Shown one piece after another: positions 11,411 to 20,293 of a DNA stretch of 64,000 nt (its first letter is position 1; every line of letters begins with the position of its first letter). The position numbers and the translations under genes are program-made. Source of the DNA: a virus (lineage: Duplodnaviria; Caudoviricetes). Location: the IMG/VR virus record IMGVR_UViG_3300028591_000122, positions 1-64,000 of that record; one strand, given 5' to 3'. The notes below the pieces were generated by a model. It saw only the letters and a list, made by a program, of their open reading frames with translations, had not been told where the DNA came from and did no database searches.

Positions 11411-11833
11411 CTACCAAGGTAATTCTTCTGTAAGACTCGGGTCAATGTTCATAAAGTCATCATCTGAACTAACTTCTTTTGTTTTCTGTCCAGAAGATTC
11501 TGTTTCTCCACCAGAAGATTTTTTGCTCTCTGCAAACTCTTGGTCTTCTGCAACAACATCTGTTGTATAAACCTTTTGTCCGTCCTTGTTGGTGTAAGAA
11601 CCTGTCTGAATACGACCAGTAATTACAACTTTCATTCCTTTTGCAAAATACTTCGATGCAAATTCTGCACTCTTACCAAAGGCTACGATGTTAATAAAGT
11701 CTGTATCATATTCACCGTCTTTGTTTTTAAATCTTCTGTCTACGGCAAGTGAATATCTTGCAACCATATTATTACCGTCACCTCTTGAATCAACATCTTT
11801 GCATACGCGTCCCATCAAAATTACACGATTCAT
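11411..11833 (-). CDS. ssb: Single-stranded DNA-binding protein
   Basis: MNRVILMGR...DFINIVAFGK.AE...GRIQT.SY...acidic tail ending LPW. Confidence 0.95.
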   Translation of the reverse strand: MNRVILMGRVCKDVDSRGDGNNMVARYSLAVDRRFKNKDGEYDTDFINIVAFGKSAEFASKYFAKGMKVVITGRIQTGSYTNKDGQKVYTTDVVAEDQEFAESKKSSGGETESSGQKTKEVSSDDDFMNIDPSLTEELPW

Positions 11834-11885
11834 ACTTTTTTGTTCTCCTTTTCTGATTTAATTATCGTTCATTTCCCATAAGGGA

Positions 11886-12008
11886 TTGCATAGGTAGGGA
11901 TTCGAACCCTACATAACCAAGACTATACTTTTTACACCACTAGCGCGCCATAAGGCAACTTGGTCTATTCAGTGAGTTTAGCGTCTACTACCTTTCCGCC
12001 ACTATGCA
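11886..12008 (-). ncRNA. tRNA-like RNA, about 123 nt, anticodon arm replaced by a larger domain
   Basis: Acceptor TGCATAG/CTATGCA, Leu-type D arm, T arm GTAGGG-TTCGAAT-CCCTAC. Confidence 0.7.
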
Positions 12009-12193
12009 ATTTGCAAGGGTAACCCTAAAGCCGTCAGTGTTAAGCCTAAATCGAGATAGGTCAATAATCACTGCACACCTCCCCGCGTTTTTTATCAATC
12101 TTCCCTTGCCATTTACAAGACACTTGCTCTTTGCCTGTAACTTTGGGTTTAGGTTTTTATGAGAGCCTAAGCAAGTCGGACATCTCAAGCAGT

Positions 12194-12283
12194 TTCCATG
12201 GGTGAGGATTTGAACCTCACAAGGTATTTCTCAACCAACCGAATTGGTACCAAATCGTGCATTACCATTTCTGCCACCATGGA
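12194..12283 (-). ncRNA. Non-canonical tRNA-like RNA (Tyr-like GTA, long variable arm)
   Basis: Acceptor TCCATGG/CCATGGA, T arm GTGAGG-TTCAAAT-CCTCAC, irregular anticodon arm. Confidence 0.65.
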
Positions 12284-12339
12284 ACATATATTTTATGGAT
12301 AGCATTTAATTTCCCACAAGCCCGCATAGATTGTGGGAA

Positions 12340-12410
12340 CAGGAACAAAAGGAATCGAACCTATATTTACAGTTTTGGAGACTGCTGTTCTACCGTTGAA
12401 CTATGTCCCT
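12340..12410 (-). tRNA. trnW: tRNA-Trp(CCA)
   Basis: Cloverleaf AGGGACA...GCAGT-CTCCAAA-ACTGT...TTCGATT...TGTTCCTG; no encoded CCA. Confidence 0.92.
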
Positions 12411-12428
12411 ATATTGCATAAGCAATGA

Positions 12429-12500
12429 CTGGACTAGTTGGATTCGAACCAACAAATGCAGGAGTCAAAGTCCTGTGCCTTACCTTTTGGCTATAGCCCA
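12429..12500 (-). tRNA. trnQ: tRNA-Gln(TTG)
   Basis: TGGGCTA...CAGGA-CTTTGAC-TCCTG...GTTGG-TTCGAAT-CCAAC-TAGTCCAG. Confidence 0.95.
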
Positions 12501-12611
12501 ACACATCGGCTACCGCATCTAACACCGATATGTGATTTTGAAAAGTTTGACCTTTCCTTTGTATTTAATAACCATAGAAACGGAGTACACTTTTATGCGG
12601 TAATTAAGTTA

Positions 12612-12684
12612 CGGAAACAACAGGACTCGAACCTGTGACTTATTGATTAACAGTCAATCGTTCTACCAACTGAACTATGTTTCC
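12612..12684 (-). tRNA. trnN: tRNA-Asn(GTT)
   Basis: GGAAACA...ATTGA-CTGTTAA-TCAAT...TTCGAGT...TGTTTCCG. Confidence 0.93.
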
Positions 12685-12812
12685 ATTTTATATTCTTAAG
12701 CCACTGCTTATTGGCACTTAAGAATATATGGGGGTGCGTGTAAAACAACAACAATCATTTTAAGGGGCTATTTAATGTCTTTAGGGAAAATCACGCAGTG
12801 TTTAAGCCATAT

Positions 12813-12884
12813 TGCGTAGGTGGGTTTTGAAGCCCACATTCGATGGTTTCTCACTCAATCCGGTGGAAACGCATTCACTACGCA
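12813..12884 (-). ncRNA. tRNA-like element lacking a D arm
   Basis: TGCGTAG/CTACGCA stem, GTGGG-CTTCAAAA-CCCAC T-like arm, central GTTTC/GAAAC stem. Confidence 0.45.
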
Positions 12885-12909
12885 TTTATATAAAGCACAA
12901 AGCCTTATA

Positions 12910-13197
12910 TCATAAATAAGATTTCCAAAAGTATTGCATCCATTCTTCTCTTGAACCTATCTTTTCTTCGAATGTTCTTTGAGCAAGTTGTTTTAATTCA
13001 AGTTCGTTTTTGTTATCATCGTGAATTAATGTATGGCAGTTATAACAAATCCAAATCTTAAGTCCGAATTTCTCTGATAAATCTCTTCGTCCACGCCCCT
13101 CTATAATGTGATGTTCACTCAATAATTCTTCTTGGGAACAACCACATAGATAACATTCTTTTTTATCTTGAATAATACTTTTGGTTACTTTCCCCAT
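12910..13197 (-). CDS. HNH-like Zn-binding protein
   Basis: CYLCG...EHHI...GL.IWIC..CH..IH. Confidence 0.65.
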   Translation of the reverse strand: MGKVTKSIIQDKKECYLCGCSQEELLSEHHIIEGRGRRDLSEKFGLKIWICYNCHTLIHDDNKNELELKQLAQRTFEEKIGSREEWMQYFWKSYL

Positions 13198-13709
13198 TCT
13201 CGCTTAAGCCTTTCTATTTCGCTATCAGGGATAATTGGTATATCTAAATCTCTACACTCCGAAATGATTCCGTCTATAAAGACACTCATTTCTTTTGTAG
13301 TAAAGGTTGAACTTCCGAAGTAGCATTGTAACTGATGACCTGTTTGTCCGTTTACAGTAACCTCTCCTAAATCAATACATACTCTAAACATTTCTTTAAT
13401 TCTTGGTATTACTGATTCCCTTACTATCAAGTGTGTAAATGCTCTGCTATATCTTTGTAAACAGTTGATATACACTTCCCATTTATCAAGATATGTTGCT
13501 TCTGCTATCTTCTGCATAAGCTCCCAAGCATATCTATTCGAATCAAGACTTCGTTTATCGTAATGTTGTTTTGCTTGTATATCTAATTGTTTATTGCTAC
13601 TCAACTTATCAAGGTCTTTTATATTTCCTTCGTCCATTTCAAAGGTTATGTTGTATTTGCCAGTTGATAAGTTACGAGCAACACTAACAAGATGACCTTT
13701 AAATTCCAT
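13185..13709 (-). CDS. NinB/Orf-like recombination accessory protein
   Basis: RSLDSNRYAW.L..KIA...GSS.F.TKEMS.FIDGI..EC..L.IP. Confidence 0.65.
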   Translation of the reverse strand: MEFKGHLVSVARNLSTGKYNITFEMDEGNIKDLDKLSSNKQLDIQAKQHYDKRSLDSNRYAWELMQKIAEATYLDKWEVYINCLQRYSRAFTHLIVRESVIPRIKEMFRVCIDLGEVTVNGQTGHQLQCYFGSSTFTTKEMSVFIDGIISECRDLDIPIIPDSEIERLKREWGK

Positions 13710-13888
13710 TTGTTTTCGCCTTTACTATTTTCTTTATTGTCTTTTAAAACAAGAGACTGCAATGAATGGTATAACTATTGCTTGTCCGAATCATTACTAA
13801 TTGTGTGCTTGTTATATCTCTCGTACTATAAGCACCATAGCCAAAATACCAACCAGAAGGTGTAACATAATATGACATTTGTTTTCTC

Positions 13889-14796
13889 CTATTCCATTTT
13901 ATTCTCTCTTTTTAATTCTGTTATTGTATTATGAATAACAGCCTTGCAAAAGGCTATTCCGTCACGATAACGATTTGTGTTTGCACTTCTTTCTATTTCT
14001 TCTTCAAATCTTTTCTCAATTTGTTTCAGTTTTTTGATAGCAAAATCTTCTTTTTCATTTTTTGATGACGTATATTCTTTGCCGTTACTAATTGAAGTTG
14101 CATAAACATTTCCATCTGTTCCATATACTCTGTTCATTTCTTTTCTCCTTTTAGTTCTGATATTCTTTTGTCGATTAAATCCATAACATCATCGTTGTCT
14201 ATGACACCTATATATTCTCCGTCATTATCATCAAAGGCTAATTTATGAATTTTTTTCTTTATTTGTTCAAGTTCTTCAATAGTGCCTTCTCTTTTACCAC
14301 GGTTAAATCCGTCCATATAATCGTGACAGTCGAAACAACTCATACTCATTGTTTTTCTCCTTTTAAAGAGTGTTTTCTTCTTTCCATTTTGCACCGCAAT
14401 TCGGACAATTATATTCAGAATATTCAATATAAACTTTTTCGTATTCTGATTCCATTTTAGCTATTACCTTTGGAGGAAATTTTGTAAGTTTTCCAAAACT
14501 ATTACAGGTAGGGCAAATTCCTTCTCTTTTCTTGTCTGTTAAATCATTCATTTTTCTTTCGCCCACCTTTTGCACTTGTCTGTAAAGCAACTAACATATC
14601 CGATATGATGGTTATCTATCTCGCAATAACACTCAATGTTTGTGATTTCGCCTTTTCGTATATTGTGTCTGCAATTACAACAGACCTTTTCGCATTCTTT
14701 TTCAAGTTCTTCATTGCATTTATCGCATATATTGAAGCCTTGTTTATTGTTTTCTTCTGTTAGTTTGACACCGCAACGGTCACAGAATCTATTCAT
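13889..14796 (-). other. Small-ORF cluster (13889-14137, 14134-14349, 14363-14551, 14548-14796), modular and CxxC types
   Basis: Coupled ORFs; 14134-14349 ends IDKRISELKGEKK. Confidence 0.7.
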
Positions 14797-14821
14797 TGTT
14801 TTTCCTTTCATTTATAACAAC

Positions 14822-14902
14822 TCGGTGTGACTCGGCAAGGGTATTAGTTAACCCCCAACTTTTGCATTGTTCTTTTAGCCTTTTCACTCCACGCCACACC
14901 GA
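14822..14902 (-). ncRNA. Structured RNA motif, copy A
   Basis: 10-bp closing stem TCGGTGTGGC/GTCACACCGA; core shared with 49647-49740. Confidence 0.6.
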
Positions 14903-15038
14903 TATTGTTTTCACTAACCGCCGTATATCCTACCTACACCGATACACCTTTACCTTGCAACTCTTTCGAGCCATACGGCTTTCCCCTTTTGGTTAGTTTA
15001 ATGTTCTAAATCTTTCATTTGTTGTCTCCTTTTATATT

Positions 15039-15782
15039 TTACACTTTGTTGTATGCAGTTACAACCTTGCTCCAATTCTTTGTAACATTTGTATACATTT
15101 CTTCTGTAAACTCTTTAAATGACTTTATCTTATAAGAGTTAAGTAGGAAGTCTGCCGATACTCCATCTTTCTTCATAAGAGTTTTAAGTTCTCCTATCTG
15201 CTCTAATGTTGCCATAGGCTTATCTTCTTTGGGTTTACTTTCTGTTGTTTTTGTTTTTGTGGGGCTAGTAGTTCCAAATGTATAAACAACTTCTTTTGAT
15301 TTAAGATTTATGATAACTAATTTGTTAATTTCTTTTTTGTCATCATAACCTATTTCTTTTACTTCAAATTTATCATAACATTTTCCGTCATTAAGAATAT
15401 TGCATTTGTCTCCCGGCACCCATATAAACGGTGCAGTGTACAACTCTCTGCCAATGCCGAAGTTAAATGCTGCCCTCTTAAAGCTATCAGATGCCTGACC
15501 CTTTTCTTTTTCTGTATAAGATTCAGTACCTACATCTTGTTTTGAAATCCACTGTTTCTTTTCATCGTCCCATATTGAAATAGTACAATATAATCTATCT
15601 CCAATTAACTGATGATTTCTCTGCCAGTTCATAGCACCGACCGTTTCGTCTAAAAGATTTTGGTCAACTCTTGCATCTTTATATAACAATAAAGTTAAAC
15701 CGCCTTTGTTTTCCTTTTCGGGTTTCTTTACTGTTGCTATTCTACATTCAATTTCATCCGCTCTTAATAATCTAAATTCCAT
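15039..15782 (-). CDS. sak: Rad52/Sak-family single-strand annealing protein
   Basis: YKDAR...LDETVG..NWQ...K.DVG.ES..E.EKG.ASDSFKRAA..FGIGRELY. Confidence 0.88.
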   Translation of the reverse strand: MEFRLLRADEIECRIATVKKPEKENKGGLTLLLYKDARVDQNLLDETVGAMNWQRNHQLIGDRLYCTISIWDDEKKQWISKQDVGTESYTEKEKGQASDSFKRAAFNFGIGRELYTAPFIWVPGDKCNILNDGKCYDKFEVKEIGYDDKKEINKLVIINLKSKEVVYTFGTTSPTKTKTTESKPKEDKPMATLEQIGELKTLMKKDGVSADFLLNSYKIKSFKEFTEEMYTNVTKNWSKVVTAYNKV

Positions 15783-15904
15783 ATCATGTACCCCTTTCTA
15801 AATCGAGTAAAAAATAAAAGGCAACGCATATTTGGTTAATAGGAGAACAACTAATTTCTTTTGTATAGTCGCTTCGTTGCCTTTATCTTTTCACTTCTGT
15901 TATT

Positions 15905-15933
15905 ATATTATCACCTAATCATTACCATGTCAA
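15905..15933 (-). promoter_or_regulatory. SigA-type promoter
   Basis: TTGACA-17 bp-TAATAT with TG extension. Confidence 0.75.
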
Positions 15934-15941
15934 CAACTTTT

Positions 15942-16214
15942 TTAAAAAATAAACACCATCTGAATTCCTTTGTTTCTGTCACTTAAAGAATATGAATTAC
16001 AGCCATTAGAATCTAAAGTGATTGTATAATTCTCTACATCTCTTATTCTGATATATTGAGAACTATTAAATACAATTACTAAAGTTCCGTCATATTCTAT
16101 CGAGTCAGGAATAAAATGACATTGACTTGTTTTATCTCTATCTGTTATAGAGAATTTAACTTTAATTCTATTTTCTTTAGCCTTATATAATTCATTTAAG
16201 AATAAATTTAACAT
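15942..16214 (-). CDS. Hypothetical protein
   Basis: 90 aa ORF with AAGGAG RBS. Confidence 0.7.
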   Translation of the reverse strand: MLNLFLNELYKAKENRIKVKFSITDRDKTSQCHFIPDSIEYDGTLVIVFNSSQYIRIRDVENYTITLDSNGCNSYSLSDRNKGIQMVFIF

Positions 16215-16384
16215 ATACTTACTCCTTATATATTATTATACTATATTTATTTTATTTCTCTCTTTTAAGAGAGAGAAATAAAATAATAAATAAATATATA
16301 CTATATAATATAATATATATAATTATATTATTTATTTAATTATTAAACTATAGTATAATAATTAATATTCCATTTATATTATAA
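16215..16384. other. Extremely AT-rich intergenic tract with a long inverted repeat
   Basis: TTATTTTATTTCTCTC...GAGAGAAATAAAATAA around 16247-16286. Confidence 0.6.
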
Positions 16385-17086
16385 CTACCTTTTTCTTTTA
16401 AGAGAAGTTGATGCATTTTTATATCTGTTTTCTAAAGCTCCATCTAAATAAAGTATGTTGTTATGACCTACGCTTGGTTTAAATCCCATTTCTATGCCAG
16501 ATAAAATCTGTTTATTGGCTTTGTCCATTATGAATTCAGAGACTTGTTTGCAGGACTCTCCATATGTCTGTCTATCTATAGTTGCCGTTTCCTCTGTAGG
16601 ACCGCAGATATTATATTCCATATCCATATAATAATATCCAGTATAGTCTTTTATAAATGAATTCAGTTCATTTCTGTATGGGCTATAATATATTTTTCTA
16701 ATCACATATAATTTATCATTGTTGATATTTTTATATCTATTTCCAATTATATCGTCATTGCCAAAACGATGTGATTGCCCGGTGTTTCCTCTGTCGGTCC
16801 AGTATAAATATACATTTTTATTTTGCTTTATCGCTTCCTCTCTTCGCCTTTTAGATTCTATGTCGTCAATATTAATTTCAGTATAATTATATTTAGCATT
16901 ATTAATGACTTTTTCTCCGTATTCATTGTAAGTGTCAACAATTCTATGGCAATTTTGTTTTAATCTATAATCTCCATTACCATCAAGATATACACCATAT
17001 TTATTAGAATCTGTTTTACCAAATTGAGTTTTAATAGTTCTGTTGATGGTATGCAAACCAAATAATGTCAAGATTTCCAATATCAT
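16385..17086 (-). CDS. Hypothetical protein with hydrophobic N-terminus
   Basis: 233 aa ORF with AGGAGG RBS. Confidence 0.75.
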   Translation of the reverse strand: MILEILTLFGLHTINRTIKTQFGKTDSNKYGVYLDGNGDYRLKQNCHRIVDTYNEYGEKVINNAKYNYTEINIDDIESKRRREEAIKQNKNVYLYWTDRGNTGQSHRFGNDDIIGNRYKNINNDKLYVIRKIYYSPYRNELNSFIKDYTGYYYMDMEYNICGPTEETATIDRQTYGESCKQVSEFIMDKANKQILSGIEMGFKPSVGHNNILYLDGALENRYKNASTSLKRKR

Positions 17087-17101
17087 ATTTAATACCTCCT
17101 T

Positions 17102-18118
17102 TTAGATTTTAAGAACATTAGACATTATATTTATTGCCCTTTCCTTTTCGTCTTTGTCAGTAGTTATATATCTTTGAGTTGTAGCTATATTTGAATGTCC
17201 AACAGTTCTCCTTACAAACTCTACATCGTGTGTCTTATTATAGAGTATTGAACAAAAGCCTGCTCTTAATTTATGTGGTGATATTTTATATCCAAGTCCT
17301 TCTTTACAATATTTCTCTACAAGTTTAGCAATGGCTTGAGAACTTAATCTAGTACCTCTTTCCGAAATGAATAACGCATCACGTTCGTCCTTTAAAAACT
17401 GTTCTCTATCTACGAGCCACAATTCAAGATATTGTAAAACCATTTCGCTCAATGGATAAAAATGATGTTTATTGCCTTTATCTATAATTTTGAGCGAGTA
17501 TGTTTCGTAGTTTATATCTTGTATATTTATCTCGGACAACGCAGTTTTTCTCATTCCAGTTGTCATAAATAACAGAATAATAAGTATATCTCTGTTTTTT
17601 AATTTCTCTTGAAATGCTCTGGCTTTAAGACTCCCCGCACCATTCTTCGCAGCCTTAAGGATATTGTTGAAATCCTTTTGTGTTAATAATATTCGTTCTT
17701 CCTGTATTCTATCGAAGTCCTTATTTTTTGGTCTGTCAATATCATTCATAAAATTATGTTGTATATATTTTCTTTTACACAAAAAATTCAGAAAATTATT
17801 TAATGCATACCAGTTTGTTTGCTGATATGAATCAGATGTCATTCCTATTGTTCCGTCTGAATTTGTTTTTGTTTGACAGGCAATTAAATAACTTTCACAG
17901 GATTGCAAAGTAATATCTTCTGGCTTTATTGAAGAAACATCTGGGCTGATATAAGAAAGAAATCTTTTAACTTTTCTTATATAATCTTGGCAGGAAGCCG
18001 CGGTTTTCCGTGACGCTTTCATATTGATATACCATTCATTTACAAAAGTTGGCATATCTTTTAACATCATTGATGTTGACTGTTGCATTTTCAGTTCATT
18101 TTCTAATCTCCCTTGCAT
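17102..18118 (-). CDS. Tyrosine recombinase (XerC/D-like)
   Basis: TGMR, DKGNK, HKLR, GHS, TTQRY: complete R-K-H-R-H-Y set. Confidence 0.93.
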   Translation of the reverse strand: MQGRLENELKMQQSTSMMLKDMPTFVNEWYINMKASRKTAASCQDYIRKVKRFLSYISPDVSSIKPEDITLQSCESYLIACQTKTNSDGTIGMTSDSYQQTNWYALNNFLNFLCKRKYIQHNFMNDIDRPKNKDFDRIQEERILLTQKDFNNILKAAKNGAGSLKARAFQEKLKNRDILIILLFMTTGMRKTALSEINIQDINYETYSLKIIDKGNKHHFYPLSEMVLQYLELWLVDREQFLKDERDALFISERGTRLSSQAIAKLVEKYCKEGLGYKISPHKLRAGFCSILYNKTHDVEFVRRTVGHSNIATTQRYITTDKDEKERAINIMSNVLKI

Positions 18119-18130
18119 ATAAACTCCTTT

Positions 18131-20274
18131 CTACAATTCTTTTATATCATCAATTGCTTCTGATATTTTGTCGCAGGCTTCTTGCATTGAGTATATGGTG
18201 TCTTCTATAATACACGCCTTATTACCATACTGTAACGATTCTGGTATGTTGTCATATGTGTCCTGTTCTTCATCTATTAATGACTGTAAGAATAAAACAC
18301 ATTCCTCAAGTTGTGATATTAATTTTTTTAATTCTTTTCTTCGTTTGTTGTTCATATTATACCTCACATATTTAATTCTTTAATAGAATCTTCGGATAAA
18401 ATTCCTCTTATTAACAGTTCCGATTCTAAATCTCTTAAATGTTTCAATAACCTATCGGTTCCTCTTTGAGTAACAAAGTTAGTGTCATAATGAGAATATG
18501 TTTTTACATATTCAACAATTAACTGCTCATTTGTTATCTTTTTAATTTCTGCTTTAGTCATATTTTATTCCTCACTTTCTGCCTTGTATGGCATCCTGCA
18601 TTTTCAATTCGTCAGCACAATTCTTACAGTAAACTCCCTCTTTGCCCTCTATCTTGTAGAGAAAGCACATCCATTGAACATTCCACTTGCCACGCTTTTT
18701 ACATAAAGCGCATTGTCCTTGTCCATTACCCTCTGCTTGTGTTATTTTCATTCTTTTACCTCCATCTTCGCTCCGCAATGGCAATACGGGTATTCTTTGT
18801 AAACCTCATCTCTCACTTCATATGGGACAATGATTTCTCTTTTACAGCAAGAACATTTATATGTTACGTCAAAATAATTAGAATATTCATCATCATATAT
18901 CCAATGCCCCATCTTCGGCTGTGGTGTGACAGACGGCATTTCTTTAATGTCTTGACACACTAACTCATTTTCCGAACTATGTCCTAATTCCGCCCAACTT
19001 CCCTCAATGTATTCAAGCACAGCCTGTCTGCTTATAGCATCTTCACAAGACTCTTGTTCTAATGCTTTGATTGCCATTTCTAAAGGCTCTCTATCTTCTT
19101 CCGTTACATAACACACAGAGTTTTCATACTCTGTGGCTTCTGTAAGTATTCCCTTTAATTTTTCTATTGCTTCTTTATTTGTCATTTTTCTACCTCACTT
19201 CCCTGCTTGTGCCTTAACAGTATTTTCTTTATCCATATTGGCAACATACATATCAGTATCGGTGCATCATCGTATCCCTTTTTAGCCATGTAGCATCCGC
19301 AATCGTTGCACTCGCCCTCGTAACTTCTATCTTCCCACGATAACGGACAATGTTCACAATCACATTCATACCAACAATGCAATTCCGTCCAATGTGTAGG
19401 CTTACCATTTTCAAAAGAACCATAATGTAATGTTTCTATGTGAAAATTACCGATTGTTTTATCTATTTCAATGTGCTTTTTAAACTTCCAAACTTTCATT
19501 CCTTATCCTCAACTTTACATTCACATTCTCCACAATCTCTTGCTTCACAAAAGGCTTCTTCATAAGATTGACAATCAGTTCTACTTGTGTCATATTCTAT
19601 TTCCTTGTTCTCCTTTATAATTATTGGTGTTAAATCTAATGCCTGATATAAATCGCCATTAGTTCTCTCATATTGCTCACACAAAATATTTGAATCAATC
19701 AAATCGCCGTGTTCTTTCGGAAGCACCGTACCATTCTGTACGGCTTCTATGAGCTTTATTCCTAAAACCAAAGTATCAAATTCTGTTCTGTCAATTACCT
19801 CTTTGTAGGTTTCATCATTAAGTTTAATTACCAACTCTGTCATATTTATCCCTCACTTATCTTCAATGCAACCTCTCCAAATACTGTCTTGTATTGAATC
19901 TTTTAAATTCCATTCATCTTCATAGTCTGGATATTCTTCCATTTCTCTATCGTAATCGTCTTTATTCCAATCTGGTATATTTAACATTTTTATTCTCCTT
20001 TATCTGCTTCTATGACTGTTGGTGCATTAAGAACTGCCATCTCTGTTAATCTTCGTATATTCATATCATCTCTATCATTGCAAGGGAATTTTCTAAAAAC
20101 CTTTTCCTTGTATGCATCAGCATCTATCAATCTTCCGTGTTCTTTAGGTAGCACAGTTCCGTTTGCAACACTCTTAATGATATGAAAATCAAAGCCTTCG
20201 TTTTCTTCTGTTAGTTCTGTGGTTTTGCATTGTTCATATAATTCATCTTCAAGCCTAATTAGAATTTCTTTCAT
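18131..20274 (-). other. Small-ORF cluster (18131, 18364, 18572, 18748, 19182, 19496, 19990), several modular
   Basis: Coupled ORFs; NGTVLPKEHG.LID shared by 19496 and 19990. Confidence 0.75.
18917..19068. repeat. 152-bp dispersed repeat, copy 2
   Basis: About 91% identical to 1127-1278. Confidence 0.95.
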
Positions 20275-20293
20275 TCTTTATTCTCCTTTCTAC

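Noticed and set aside
12009-12190. Miniature RNase P RNA (GTCCG...CGGCTT resembles helix P4)
   Set aside because: Only about 4 bp of P4-like pairing; the GAGGAAAGUCC and other conserved regions are missing
11988-12638. 66-aa ORFs at 11988-12188 and 12438-12638
   Set aside because: They overlap tRNA/ncRNA elements and lack RBSs
1127-19068. The 152-bp repeat pair as a diversity-generating retroelement TR/VR
   Set aside because: Mismatches are not confined to adenines of either copy, both copies lie mid-gene, and no reverse transcriptase is in the window
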